From Ferruginibacter sp. (lineage in GTDB: Bacteria; Bacteroidota; Bacteroidia; Chitinophagales; Chitinophagaceae), in contig DATHHR010000149.1 in NCBI GenBank assembly GCA_035317105.1, forward strand, positions 172 through 64,171: 64,000 nucleotides of DNA. Reading direction: 5' to 3'. Each line of letters opens with the position of its first letter. Position 1 is the stretch's first letter. Position numbers and translations under genes: made by a program. Shown one piece after another: positions 35,827 to 45,290 of this stretch. The notes under the pieces were generated by a model. That model ran no database searches. It was given only the letters and a program-made list of their open reading frames with translations, and was not told where the DNA came from.

Positions 35827-38800
35827 ATGAATAAAACGCTACCGCGTCAGCTACTGCTGACTGCTTTTACTATTGCTATATCCTTCATTGTAAAAGCTCA
35901 GCCCGCACAAGTAAGCAAAACAAATCCAATGAAAGTGTATGTTCATTACATGCCCTGGTTCTCTGCACCGGAAAATCCTGGTTCAGGTGTAACAAGTTTT
36001 GGAAATGGTAATACAGGAGATTTCAATAAATGGGGACCGCACTGGAGCCACGTTAACAGTAATGTTGCTAATCCGGATAATTTCACAACGGTTACGGATT
36101 ATACAGGTGCACAAGTGCAGGCACGTAATATCTGCTCGCATTTTCATCCTTTGATCGGGCCATATGATGGACAAGATCCTAATGTAATTGAGTATCATCT
36201 TTTGTTGATGAAACTATCAGGGATAGATGGTGTGATGATCGATTGGTACGGACAAGCAGGAGACGGCGCTGCAGACGCAGGACCATTGTTAACAAACTCG
36301 AATGCTTTAATAAATAAGACTGCAAGCGTAGGCGAGAAATTTGGGTTAGTGATGGAAGATGCAGCATGGGCAGGCATGGGTGGTGCACAGGCAAATGGTA
36401 GCTATGCAGTCAATAATTATTTCGGTAATTCACAATATATAAAAGTGGGAGACATGAGAAATGCTCCCGGCACAGGTGCACCATTGGTTTGTGTTTTTGG
36501 TCCTCAGCAATTCAAATCTCCCGGTCAATGGAATACGATCCTTAGCGGAAACACCGGAGGTTTTTTGCCTTTATACGGACAGTCTTCTCAAATAGGTTCA
36601 GATGCAGGCGGTGAATTTGTATGGCCTTATCCTCAGGCAGGACAAGGAGGTTCGCCACCAGCATGGTATGCTAACAATGCTAATTATTATACCAATACCG
36701 CTGGATCTAAAAATGTTGTTTTAGGTTCAGCTTACCCGGGCTTCAATGATTTTTATGGTGGTGGCGGTGCAGATGTAGATGGTATAATTCCATACACATA
36801 TAATGGAACAAGTACGATCACTGCGATGTTATCATTATGCAATGCTAATAAAGGCGTATTGGATGGCATACAAATAGCCACATGGAATGATTTCAGCGAA
36901 GGAACAATTATTGAACCTACAGTAGAACAGGGGTATGCAAATCTGACTGCGGTACAGGCGTTCACCGGAGTATCTTATACACAGGCAGATCTTCAACAAG
37001 TATATAGATTATTTACTTTAAGAAAAAAATATGCAGGTAACACTACAAAACAATCTCAGTTAGATCAGGCATTTAATTATTTTGTTGCATTAAATATTCC
37101 ACAAGCGAAAGCAGCGATGGATGCTGCTGATGGCGTAACAAATCCTGCGCCTGTAATTTCAAGTGCCACTACTGCAAGTGGTACAACAGGTTCGGCGTTC
37201 AGTTATACTATTACAGCATCAAACACACCAACAAGTTTTAGCGCTACAAACCTGCCTGCAGGATTATCGGTTAATACATCAACGGGTGTTATCAGCGGTA
37301 CGCCAACAACTGTGGCAACTACCAATGTAACAATTGGTGCTACAAATGGCGGTGGTACAGGAAATGGCACATTAACCATTACAATAACGGCACCAGTTGC
37401 AGAATCACCTTACGGTGGAACGGCTGCAACAATACCGGGAACAATACAGGCTGAAAATTATGACCTCGGCGGACAAGGTGTTGCTTATAACGATGTTGAT
37501 GCTATTAATAATGGCGGCAATCAATACAGATCTACTGAAGGAGTAGACGTAGAAGCAACAACAGCACCTGAAACAGGATACGATGTAGGATGGACGGCGG
37601 CAGGAGAATGGATGAAATATACAGTGAATGTTACTACAGCCGGTGTGTATACTTTACAAGTTAGGGTCGCATGTCCAAATCCGGGAGAAAGCATTCATGT
37701 AGAATCTGACGGTGTAAATATTTCAGGCAGTATTGCATTGCCAAATACAGGAGGCTGGCAAACCTATCAGACAGTCAGTGTTACAACATCGAGTTTAACT
37801 GCTGGTCAGCACGTACTTCGTCTATATGAAGAAACGGGTGGTTTTAACCTTGATTATATTACTTTTGTTGCAGCTGCATCAGCACCGGTAATATCCAGTG
37901 CAGCAACAGCAAGTGGTACAACAGGTACAGCTTTTAGCTATGCTATTACTGCATCGAACACACCAACAAGTTATAACGCAACCGGTTTACCTGCGGGTTT
38001 ATCAGTTAATACTTCAACGGGAGTAATTAGTGGTACACCAACAACAGCAGCAACATCTACTGCAACAGTTAGTGCAACCAATGCCGCTGGAACAGGAAGT
38101 AAAACCGTAACCATTACTATCAATGCAGCAGGCGTAGCGCCGGTAATATCCAGTGCGGCAACAGCAACTGGCACGGCCGGTGCGGCTTTTAGTTATGCTA
38201 TCACTGCATCTAATACGCCAACAAGTTATAATGCAACAGGTTTACCGGCTGGCTTATCAGTCAATACTTCAACAGGAGTAATAAGCGGCACACCAACTGC
38301 TGCAGCAACATCAACTGTAACTATCAGTGCAACAAATGCAACAGGAACAGGAAGCAAAACATTGTCGATCACCATAAATGCGGCTTCTTCAACAGAAACT
38401 CCATTCAATGGAACGGCTGCAACAATTCCCGGAACTGTGCAGGCAGAGAATTATGATAACGGCGGACAAGGGGTTGCCTACAACGATGCGGAAGCTACAA
38501 ATCAAGGCGGACAATACAGAACTGCTGATGGTGTAGATATTGAAACAACAACAGATGCAGGCGGAGGATATGATGTAGGCTGGACAAATGCGGGAGAATG
38601 GATGAAGTACACTGTTAATGTAACAACAACCGGTGCATACACTTTACAAGTAAGATTAGCTTCTCCAAATACAGGCGAAACTTTACATATAGAATCTGAT
38701 GGTGTAAATATTTCAGGAACGATCGCAGTGCCTAATACAGGTGGCTGGCAAACATGGCAGACAGTAACTGTTACAACATCAAGCTTAACTGCCGGGCAGC

Positions 38801-40029
38801 ATATATTACGCATCTATGAAGAAACATTGGGCTTTAATATTAACTACTTAACTTTTGTTTCAAGTACACCGGTAGCAGCTCCTGTTGTATCAAGCGCTGC
38901 AACGGCAAGCGGAACAACGGGCTCAGCATTTAGTTATGCTATTACAGCGTCTAACACACCAACAAGTTATAGCACAAGTGCTTTGCCTGCAGGTTTGTCA
39001 GTGAATACATCAACCGGTTTAATAAGTGGAACGCCAACTACTGCGGGTACATTTACTGCAACAGTCAACGCGATCAATAGCGGAGGTACAGGAAGCAAAG
39101 CTGTAACATTCACTATCGCACAAGGATCAGATCCTGCGGGTGTAGTTACTTGCTTTAAAGCACCGGGTGCAATAACTGTTGATGGTGTTTTATCTGAAAC
39201 AGGATGGAACCTGAATAAATCAGTAACCAAAACAACAGTAGGCACACCTAATAATACAACAACATTTGGCGTATTATGGGATAATACAAATTTGTATATC
39301 GCTGCTAAAGTATTGGATGCAAATTTATTCAGCACTCAATCAGCTGCAGCGAATTTCTGGAACGATGATGCGGTTGAAATATACATCGATGCCAATAATA
39401 ATAAATCAACTACTTATGATGGCCTGGATAACCAGATCATTGCAGCGTATAATCAAACAGGTATCTTCTCTAAGTTGTCAATAAGCGGCTTGCAACATGC
39501 ATGGTCCGCCATTAGCGGAGGTTACACCGTAGAGATCGCTATTCCATGGTCTCAATTAGGCATTACAGCTCCTGCAGCGGGTACAAGCATTGGTTTTGAT
39601 CTGGGTAACGATGATGATGACAATGGATCTGGAAGAGCAAACCAGGCTGTGTGGAACGGTAACGTTAATGACTATCAAAATACTTCGGCATTTGGTACAT
39701 TGACATTAAGTGCGTCAACATCTACCATTACGAATGCAAGACCTGATTATGTAGAAGCTGATGATGTTATTGAAATAAAAGCTGCAGATATAGTGTTGAT
39801 GCCAAACCCGGTAATGGCACATCAAAGCCTAACGATCGTAACACCAGGATGGCAGGGCCAGGTAGATCTTCAGGTAAGTAATTTTGAAGGTGTGGTATTA
39901 GAAAGAGGAAACGCACCAATAGAAGGAGACAGGATATATTTAAGCACAGCAAATTTATTGCCGGGGGCTTATATTTTACAAATGAGAAATGGTACTAATA
40001 ATGTTACTAAGAAATTCATAGTTCAGTAA
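35827..40029 (+). CDS. T9SS-secreted modular glycan-active protein: GH99/GH71-like TIM-barrel domain, 4 He_PIG-like Ig, 2 CBM6-like, a CBM9-like domain and a T9SS C-terminal sorting domain
   Basis: Signal peptide AISFIVKAQ. The N-terminal domain has HYMPWF, HPLIGPYDGQDPNVIEYH..SGIDGVMIDWYG and IATWNDFSEGTIIEP. The CBM6-like repeats have IPGT.QAENYD.GGQGVAY ... GGWQT.QTV. The CBM9-like domain has WNDDAVEIYIDANN. The C-terminus (LMPNPV ... KKFIVQ) is a T9SS-type sorting domain. Confidence 0.9.
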   Translation: MNKTLPRQLLLTAFTIAISFIVKAQPAQVSKTNPMKVYVHYMPWFSAPENPGSGVTSFGNGNTGDFNKWGPHWSHVNSNVANPDNFTTVTDYTGAQVQARNICSHFHPLIGPYDGQDPNVIEYHLLLMKLSGIDGVMIDWYGQAGDGAADAGPLLTNSNALINKTASVGEKFGLVMEDAAWAGMGGAQANGSYAVNNYFGNSQYIKVGDMRNAPGTGAPLVCVFGPQQFKSPGQWNTILSGNTGGFLPLYGQSSQIGSDAGGEFVWPYPQAGQGGSPPAWYANNANYYTNTAGSKNVVLGSAYPGFNDFYGGGGADVDGIIPYTYNGTSTITAMLSLCNANKGVLDGIQIATWNDFSEGTIIEPTVEQGYANLTAVQAFTGVSYTQADLQQVYRLFTLRKKYAGNTTKQSQLDQAFNYFVALNIPQAKAAMDAADGVTNPAPVISSATTASGTTGSAFSYTITASNTPTSFSATNLPAGLSVNTSTGVISGTPTTVATTNVTIGATNGGGTGNGTLTITITAPVAESPYGGTAATIPGTIQAENYDLGGQGVAYNDVDAINNGGNQYRSTEGVDVEATTAPETGYDVGWTAAGEWMKYTVNVTTAGVYTLQVRVACPNPGESIHVESDGVNISGSIALPNTGGWQTYQTVSVTTSSLTAGQHVLRLYEETGGFNLDYITFVAAASAPVISSAATASGTTGTAFSYAITASNTPTSYNATGLPAGLSVNTSTGVISGTPTTAATSTATVSATNAAGTGSKTVTITINAAGVAPVISSAATATGTAGAAFSYAITASNTPTSYNATGLPAGLSVNTSTGVISGTPTAAATSTVTISATNATGTGSKTLSITINAASSTETPFNGTAATIPGTVQAENYDNGGQGVAYNDAEATNQGGQYRTADGVDIETTTDAGGGYDVGWTNAGEWMKYTVNVTTTGAYTLQVRLASPNTGETLHIESDGVNISGTIAVPNTGGWQTWQTVTVTTSSLTAGQHILRIYEETLGFNINYLTFVSSTPVAAPVVSSAATASGTTGSAFSYAITASNTPTSYSTSALPAGLSVNTSTGLISGTPTTAGTFTATVNAINSGGTGSKAVTFTIAQGSDPAGVVTCFKAPGAITVDGVLSETGWNLNKSVTKTTVGTPNNTTTFGVLWDNTNLYIAAKVLDANLFSTQSAAANFWNDDAVEIYIDANNNKSTTYDGLDNQIIAAYNQTGIFSKLSISGLQHAWSAISGGYTVEIAIPWSQLGITAPAAGTSIGFDLGNDDDDNGSGRANQAVWNGNVNDYQNTSAFGTLTLSASTSTITNARPDYVEADDVIEIKAADIVLMPNPVMAHQSLTIVTPGWQGQVDLQVSNFEGVVLERGNAPIEGDRIYLSTANLLPGAYILQMRNGTNNVTKKFIVQ
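37147..39120 (+). repeat. In-frame domain-repeat array. Approximate limits: Ig 37147-37389, CBM6-like 37390-37880, Ig 37881-38136, Ig 38137-38390, CBM6-like 38391-38868, Ig 38869-39120
   Basis: Repeated peptide blocks APVISSA.TA.GT.G.AFSY.ITASNTPTS..A..LPAGLSVNTSTG.ISGTPT. The DNA copies differ at many synonymous sites. Confidence 0.8.
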
Positions 40030-40046
40030 TATTATTAATCAATTGC

Positions 40047-40089
40047 AATAAAGAAAAGGTTCCAGCTAAACTGGAACCTTTTCTTTATT
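40047..40089. terminator. Strong bidirectional terminator
   Basis: Perfect 19-bp stem aataaagaaaaggttccag / ctggaaccttttctttatt with a 5-nt loop, between convergent genes. Confidence 0.8.
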
Positions 40090-40104
40090 GATTATTTGTG
40101 TAAA

Positions 40105-41085
40105 TTATTTAAGGTGCTGATGTATTGCAGCTTTTTCAGCTTTCTCTTCTTTTAACCGGTGTTCTGCGATTGATTTTAGTGATTTAATACTAACATTCAA
40201 TTCAAATCCTATCAGCAATACAAGTGAGTTAATATAAATGAGCGCCATAATAACGATCACCGTGCTGATCGAGCCATATAGAACATTATACCTGCCGAAA
40301 TTATTTACAAAGGCTGTAAAAACATAACTCGCAAATAAGCAAAGGGTAGTCGCTAAAATTGTTCCCGGCGAAACAAGCGTCCATCTCTTCTGTACAGCAG
40401 GTGCATACTTATAAATAAAAGCAATAGAATAATATACTAACGCAATAATAAAGACCCATCTGCCGTAAACAATAATATTTCTTACCGTTACACTTTGAAC
40501 ACCAATGAAAACTAAGAAAGCACGTTGTGTAATTAATAAAAGCAGACAAGCCAATACTAAACCAAAAAGTAATGTGGTTAATTTAATGGCCATCCATCTT
40601 TTATTAAAGCCTCTTCTTTTTTCAAAGCCTATATAATCTTTATTGAAAGAGCGCATCAATCCCATCATGGCATTTGACGCAAAAAATAATGCTAAGATGA
40701 TCCCGGTAGAAAGTATCCCAATTCTCGGCGCTTTAAAAAAGGTATCGTTGATAAAATTGATAATGTTTTGATTGTAACCGTTTGCAGGGACAATATCTTT
40801 TACTAAAAAAGTTACCTGCTTTTGTATCTCTTTTGCTTTAATGATGGGTAGCCTTGGCAATAAGGTAAACAGAAATAAAAATGACGGCGGAATAGCCATA
40901 ATAAAATTATAGGCAATAGCAGAAGCTCTTTCCGTTAACCCAACGGTCTTCACCTGTTTGTAAAAAAACTCCATCACATCGTACAATGGCACACCTTCAA
41001 AACCGGGTAGCCGCCAGTGTTTACTTTTTTTTAAGAAAAAAGCAATAGGAGTTTTCGTAATTAAAATGCGTTCTAATTTATTCAT
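40105..41085 (-). CDS. YihY/BrkB (virulence factor BrkB) family membrane protein
   Basis: 326 aa, multi-TM. Contains ERASAIAYNFIMAIPP and RYNVLYGSISTVIVIMALIY, typical of YihY. Confidence 0.85.
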   Translation of the reverse strand: MNKLERILITKTPIAFFLKKSKHWRLPGFEGVPLYDVMEFFYKQVKTVGLTERASAIAYNFIMAIPPSFLFLFTLLPRLPIIKAKEIQKQVTFLVKDIVPANGYNQNIINFINDTFFKAPRIGILSTGIILALFFASNAMMGLMRSFNKDYIGFEKRRGFNKRWMAIKLTTLLFGLVLACLLLLITQRAFLVFIGVQSVTVRNIIVYGRWVFIIALVYYSIAFIYKYAPAVQKRWTLVSPGTILATTLCLFASYVFTAFVNNFGRYNVLYGSISTVIVIMALIYINSLVLLIGFELNVSIKSLKSIAEHRLKEEKAEKAAIHQHLK

Positions 41086-41099
41086 CTAAGGTATAAATG

Positions 41100-42110
41100 C
41101 TATTGTCGGGTTAAATATAAGCTGTCAAGAAAATGCTGATAATTTCTTGCATTGATCTGGTGTTCTTCAAAAGTCGATGAAAAATTTGATAAGCCTGACC
41201 AATCAGGCTTTGCTACAAAATATAAATAATCAGTAGCAGGTTCAGTCAATACCGCATCGATCGTTTTTATTGAAGGTGTGCAGATCGGGCCCGGAGGCAA
41301 TCCCAAATGCTGATAAGTATTGTATGGAGATGGATCAAGCAAATACTTATCATATATTCTTTTCAATGTAAAATCCTGCATGGCAAATTTTACCGTAGGG
41401 TCGGCAGATAATTTCATGCCCTTGTTTTTACGGTTAAGGTAAACGCTTGCAATATTTCCTTTGTCTGAATCTTTTGTTGTTTCTTCTTCAACAATACTTG
41501 CTAAAATATATACTTCTTTTGGCGTTAAATTTAATGCCGCCGCTTGTTGTCTTCTTTCAACCGTCCAGAATTTTTCCTGCTCAGTAAATAGTTTTCTGAA
41601 TATTTTAGAACAAGGGGTTGTCCATAAGATATCATATGTATTAGGGATAACGGCAGTCATTACAGTATTGGTATCTAATCCATAATTCAATAAAGAATCA
41701 TTACTGTTAATGTAGTCGCTGAAAGTAGCGGAATCGCATTCAAAATCCGTAGCAATTTTTTCTGCAAACTCTGCACGTGTACGTAATTTAATGATAACCA
41801 AATTTACCGGCGTTTGTCTGCCTGCCCGGAGCATCCTAATAAATGCAAATAAGCTCGTCTCATTTTTGATCACATATTTACCCGGCTTAACATTTTTATC
41901 GTATCCTACTATTTGCGCAATGTATTTAAATAGTATCGGCGCTTGCAAAATATTGTCTTGTTCAACCGAATCCATAACAGCCGCAAAAGAGCTGCCTGTT
42001 TTTATATACAATGCTTTTTTGCTTTCCTTGAAATTAGTGTCAGTTGCTAAAAAAAACCAGGCAGCAAATGCTATAGCAAGAAGGACCAGTAAGAATAAAA
42101 TTTTTTTCAT
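41100..42110 (-). CDS. mltG: Endolytic murein transglycosylase MltG (YceG-like)
   Basis: N-terminal TM, then ILASIVEEE, ASVYLNR, LSADPTV, YNTYQHLGLPPGPICTPS. Start placed at MKKILFLL. Confidence 0.9.
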   Translation of the reverse strand: MKKILFLLVLLAIAFAAWFFLATDTNFKESKKALYIKTGSSFAAVMDSVEQDNILQAPILFKYIAQIVGYDKNVKPGKYVIKNETSLFAFIRMLRAGRQTPVNLVIIKLRTRAEFAEKIATDFECDSATFSDYINSNDSLLNYGLDTNTVMTAVIPNTYDILWTTPCSKIFRKLFTEQEKFWTVERRQQAAALNLTPKEVYILASIVEEETTKDSDKGNIASVYLNRKNKGMKLSADPTVKFAMQDFTLKRIYDKYLLDPSPYNTYQHLGLPPGPICTPSIKTIDAVLTEPATDYLYFVAKPDWSGLSNFSSTFEEHQINARNYQHFLDSLYLTRQ

Positions 42111-42144
42111 GATATACAAGCGTTGGTTAAATCTGGTTGTGAAA

Positions 42145-42178
42145 ATAAAATAAAAACCCCGCCTTTAAGAGCAGGGTT
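42145..42178 (-). terminator. secG terminator
   Basis: On the minus strand, the stem aaccctgc/gcggggtt is followed by tttttatttt. Confidence 0.5.
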
Positions 42179-42198
42179 CAAGATTTTTGCAAAATATT

Positions 42199-42555
42199 TT
42201 ATTTACCGTTTGGAGTAGCTGCCGGAGCGCTTCCTTGTTGTATTGGAACCGTATTATTTTGTTGCGGTAGTGGAACCGTTGCAGGTGCACTATTCATTAA
42301 ATTATCTGTTTTGGTTGAAGCGCCACCGTCTTTAGGGATAAAAGCAGGAGATATGATACAGATACTGCCCACGATAGCGGCAAATATCCAGGTACCTTTT
42401 TCCAGTACATCTGTAGTTTGTTTAACACCCATTAACTGGTTGCTAAAACCGCCCATAGAACCTGATAATCCACCACCTTTAGGGTTCTGGATCAATATGA
42501 TTAAGCCTAAAATAGCTGAAGACAATATCACTAGAATTACGAATACAATTAACAT
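42199..42555 (-). CDS. secG: Preprotein translocase subunit SecG
   Basis: 118 aa with two TM helices and QNPKGGGLSGSMGG, followed by a P/Q/A-rich tail. Confidence 0.85.
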   Translation of the reverse strand: MLIVFVILVILSSAILGLIILIQNPKGGGLSGSMGGFSNQLMGVKQTTDVLEKGTWIFAAIVGSICIISPAFIPKDGGASTKTDNLMNSAPATVPLPQQNNTVPIQQGSAPAATPNGK

Positions 42556-42556
42556 A

Positions 42557-43330
42557 TTACTGCTCTTTTAAATGGTCAATTTTGGCTGCAAAGTAAGTAC
42601 TTTTAGCGGGATCAAGCAAACTTAATTTTCGGTATAATCCTATGGCAAGGTCCTTTCTGTTTTGCTGTATCAGTATCTCTGCCATTGTTTCCGTGAGGAT
42701 CTCCTGCTTATCATTCGATTTTTCAGCCAGGTTTTGGATCTGGCTATCGTTATTTCCAGCCGTTTCAGATAATAACTGCCCGATATGGATCTGTTTCATC
42801 GTTTTTAACCAGGAAGTAAAGCTTTTAAGCTGAGAGCCTAATTTATCCGATCCTAAAACATCGTCACTTAATTTGATACCCTGACTCGCAAAATAATCTC
42901 TCGTAAATAAGGGTTGAAATAACAGCTCATCTTCCAGCGAATTGTTACCCGAAGCCGTCTCTAATTTTAGGTTGATATGCAGGGGTGCTATTTCGGGTAG
43001 TGATTCTTCCTCTGTATAAATATCTTCTTCGGCTTCTTTAGTAAAATGCTGACTAAAATCCTTACTGAGTGAATTGCTGCTGGTCGTTCTTTCTTTTGCC
43101 TGGTCTAACTGAAAGCTTAACCAAAAAGGGTTATTGAAAAGCAGGGCAGTTTTTGCGGCTTGCTTGTAATATCCTGTTGTATTTTCTCCTGTTTGTTGTA
43201 ACAAAAAAAACTGCGCGGCTGTAAAATAAGGATGCTCTTTTGTTAATTGCAAAAGAAACTCCGTATTATCTGAAGCAGTTATATCCCGTTTAAATAAGGA
43301 TTCAAAAAGTCGATTACTTTCACCCATCAA
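42557..43330 (-). CDS. Conserved hypothetical protein upstream of secG
   Basis: 257-aa ORF ending 1 nt before the secG start. No family recognised. Confidence 0.65.
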   Translation of the reverse strand: MMGESNRLFESLFKRDITASDNTEFLLQLTKEHPYFTAAQFFLLQQTGENTTGYYKQAAKTALLFNNPFWLSFQLDQAKERTTSSNSLSKDFSQHFTKEAEEDIYTEEESLPEIAPLHINLKLETASGNNSLEDELLFQPLFTRDYFASQGIKLSDDVLGSDKLGSQLKSFTSWLKTMKQIHIGQLLSETAGNNDSQIQNLAEKSNDKQEILTETMAEILIQQNRKDLAIGLYRKLSLLDPAKSTYFAAKIDHLKEQ

Positions 43331-43377
43331 TCAAAAATAATAAATAACATTAATTAAAATTACAAAACACCTAGCAA

Positions 43378-43962
43378 TTACCAGTCAGAGAATATTTTAT
43401 TATATATCTGGTCGGTTAAGTTAGTAATGATCTGCGTATTAAGCGCCTGTGCAGCATCTGTAAGTGATGTGTTGGCGCTATAATCAAAACTACTGCTTAC
43501 ATCTGATTCCGAATTTTTCGTATTGTCAACAGCGTCTTTAAAAATAACATGAAAGGTTATCGTTAAACGGTTTTGTGAAGCCGTGCTACCCGAAATACCT
43601 GTAGTAGTTACAGCGTAGTTAGACACATACCCACTAATATCATACTGTGCATCATCTTCATTTGTCTGGCGCAAACGGGTATTGCTGATCACTTTTTGCT
43701 TCATTGCTTCTGTTAATTGTGGCGCAAGCTGCGGATCGGCATAGGGTGCCTGATTTCCAAACTGGTTTACCCTAAAAGTTTTTACCTCGGGTGGAATAGG
43801 AGCCGAGTCTTTAAAAGAGTATTTGCAGGAAGCATAATTAAAAACAGTAATTATAAGCAAGCCTAATACCCAATGACCAATATTCAAAATCCAAAATCCA
43901 AATCTCGAGTTTTGTTTTTTGTTTTTTGTTTTTTGTTTTTTATTTCTACTCATCAATATCAT
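43378..43962 (-). CDS. lptE: LptE-family LPS-assembly lipoprotein (the start may be the ATG at 43953)
   Basis: Lipobox NYASC, size and position match the conserved Bacteroidota synteny miaB / sigma-54 activator / lptE / x / secG. The start overlaps the upstream gene's stop. Confidence 0.65.
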   Translation of the reverse strand: MILMSRNKKQKTKNKKQNSRFGFWILNIGHWVLGLLIITVFNYASCKYSFKDSAPIPPEVKTFRVNQFGNQAPYADPQLAPQLTEAMKQKVISNTRLRQTNEDDAQYDISGYVSNYAVTTTGISGSTASQNRLTITFHVIFKDAVDNTKNSESDVSSSFDYSANTSLTDAAQALNTQIITNLTDQIYNKIFSDW

Positions 43963-45193
43963 ATTCTTTTAATTTTCTGTACAAGGTTCTTTCGCTGATC
44001 CCCAGATCTGTTGATGCGTCTTTTCGTTTGCCCTTGTGTTTTTTTAATGCTTTAATGATCAGTTCCTTTTCTTTATCCATGATGCTTAATGATTCTTCCA
44101 CATCTTCATGGTGATGAATATCATGACCATGATTATTTTGATTGATAAAGACCGGTTGTGCAGGCTGACCGTAATTATTTGTTGAGCTGACAGGTTTTAT
44201 TTCTGCTAATTGCGTATCGTTATTATTGTTGTAAACAGGGATATGCTGTGAGCCGCCTGAATTTTGGTAGACATCAAAGAACATTTTCTTTAATTCGTTT
44301 ACATCTTTCTTCATGTCAAAGAAAAGCTTGTAAAGGATCTCTCTTTCATTGGCAAATTCCTGCTGACTAACGCCATCTTTACCGCCTGCTAATACCGGTA
44401 ATCTGTTGGTATTATTTTCCGGTAAAAATTGTTCTAATTCTTTTGCGGTAATATTTTTATCTGTTGATAATACAGAGATCTGTTCAGCAATATTTTTCAA
44501 TTCTCTTACATTGCCCGGCCAGCTATAATTCTGTAACATGCTTTTTGCCTCATTATTCAAATGAATGGGAGGGGATTTATATTTATCAGAAAAATCTGTA
44601 GCAAATTTTCTAAACAACAGATCGATATCTTCTTTTCTATCCCTCAATGCCGGAACCCTTATTGGTACCGTATTTAAACGATAGTAAAGATCTTCTCTGA
44701 ACCTGCCATTCAAAGCAAATTGTAATAATTCTTTGTTGGTGGCGGCAATAACGCGTACATCTGTTTTTTGTACCTTACTGCTACCCACTCTTATATATTC
44801 GCCTGTTTCTAAAACGCGTAATAACCTTGCCTGTGTGCCCAGTGGCATTTCACCAATTTCATCTAAAAAAATAGTACCGCCATTTACTGTTTCAAAATAG
44901 CCTTTACGGCTTTCTCCTGCACCGGTGAAAGAACCTTTTTCATGTCCGAATAATTCAGAGTCAATTGTTCCTTCGGGAATAGCGCCACAGTTTACGGCGA
45001 TGAAAGGATTATGTTTTCTTGCAGAAAGTGAATGAATGATCTGAGAAAAAATTTCTTTACCAACACCACTTTCACCATTGATCAATACACTAAGGTCCGT
45101 AAGGGCAACCTGCGATGCGATATTCAAAGCCTGGTTTAACCCCGGGGCATTGCCAATAATTCCGAACCTGTTTTTTATTGCTTGTAGATCCAT
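43946..45193 (-). CDS. Receiver-less sigma-54-dependent activator (AAA+ + long linker + Fis HTH; PspF-like layout)
   Basis: 415 aa. The AAA+ domain begins within about 10 residues of the start. Contains GESGVGKE, GSFTGA, IFLDEI, RVGS, FREDLYYRLN and a C-terminal HTH (SERTLYRKLKEY). Confidence 0.9.
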   Translation of the reverse strand: MDLQAIKNRFGIIGNAPGLNQALNIASQVALTDLSVLINGESGVGKEIFSQIIHSLSARKHNPFIAVNCGAIPEGTIDSELFGHEKGSFTGAGESRKGYFETVNGGTIFLDEIGEMPLGTQARLLRVLETGEYIRVGSSKVQKTDVRVIAATNKELLQFALNGRFREDLYYRLNTVPIRVPALRDRKEDIDLLFRKFATDFSDKYKSPPIHLNNEAKSMLQNYSWPGNVRELKNIAEQISVLSTDKNITAKELEQFLPENNTNRLPVLAGGKDGVSQQEFANEREILYKLFFDMKKDVNELKKMFFDVYQNSGGSQHIPVYNNNNDTQLAEIKPVSSTNNYGQPAQPVFINQNNHGHDIHHHEDVEESLSIMDKEKELIIKALKKHKGKRKDASTDLGISERTLYRKLKEYDIDE

Positions 45194-45203
45194 TTTACTA
45201 TTG

Positions 45204-45287
45204 TTTTGAATTTTGTGTGTTGAATTTTGAATGAAATAGGCAACCTCTTTTATGCTTCATTCAAAATTTAAAATTCAACATTCAAAA
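45204..45287. repeat. Long imperfect inverted repeat between miaB and the activator gene
   Basis: ttttgaattttgtgtgttgaattttgaatgaa versus ttcattcaaaatttaaaattcaacattcaaaa, arms of about 32 nt. No T-tract follows on the transcribed strand. Confidence 0.5.
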
Positions 45288-45290
45288 TAA

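Noticed and set aside
37147-39120. Repetitive DNA that could be mistaken for a CRISPR-like or mobile repeat array.
   Set aside because: The units are 250-480 nt, in frame, and encode Ig-like and CBM6-like domains of one protein. The copies differ mostly at synonymous positions, and there is no spacer/repeat architecture.
43886-43941. Heptanucleotide tandem repeats: (GTTTTTT)x4 at 43914-43941, preceded by (AAAATCC)x2. They looked like a slipped-strand phase-variation tract.
   Set aside because: They lie inside the 5' coding region of lptE and encode the K/N/Q-rich n-region of its signal peptide. A 7-nt slip would frameshift an essential gene. With one sequence there is no evidence of length polymorphism.
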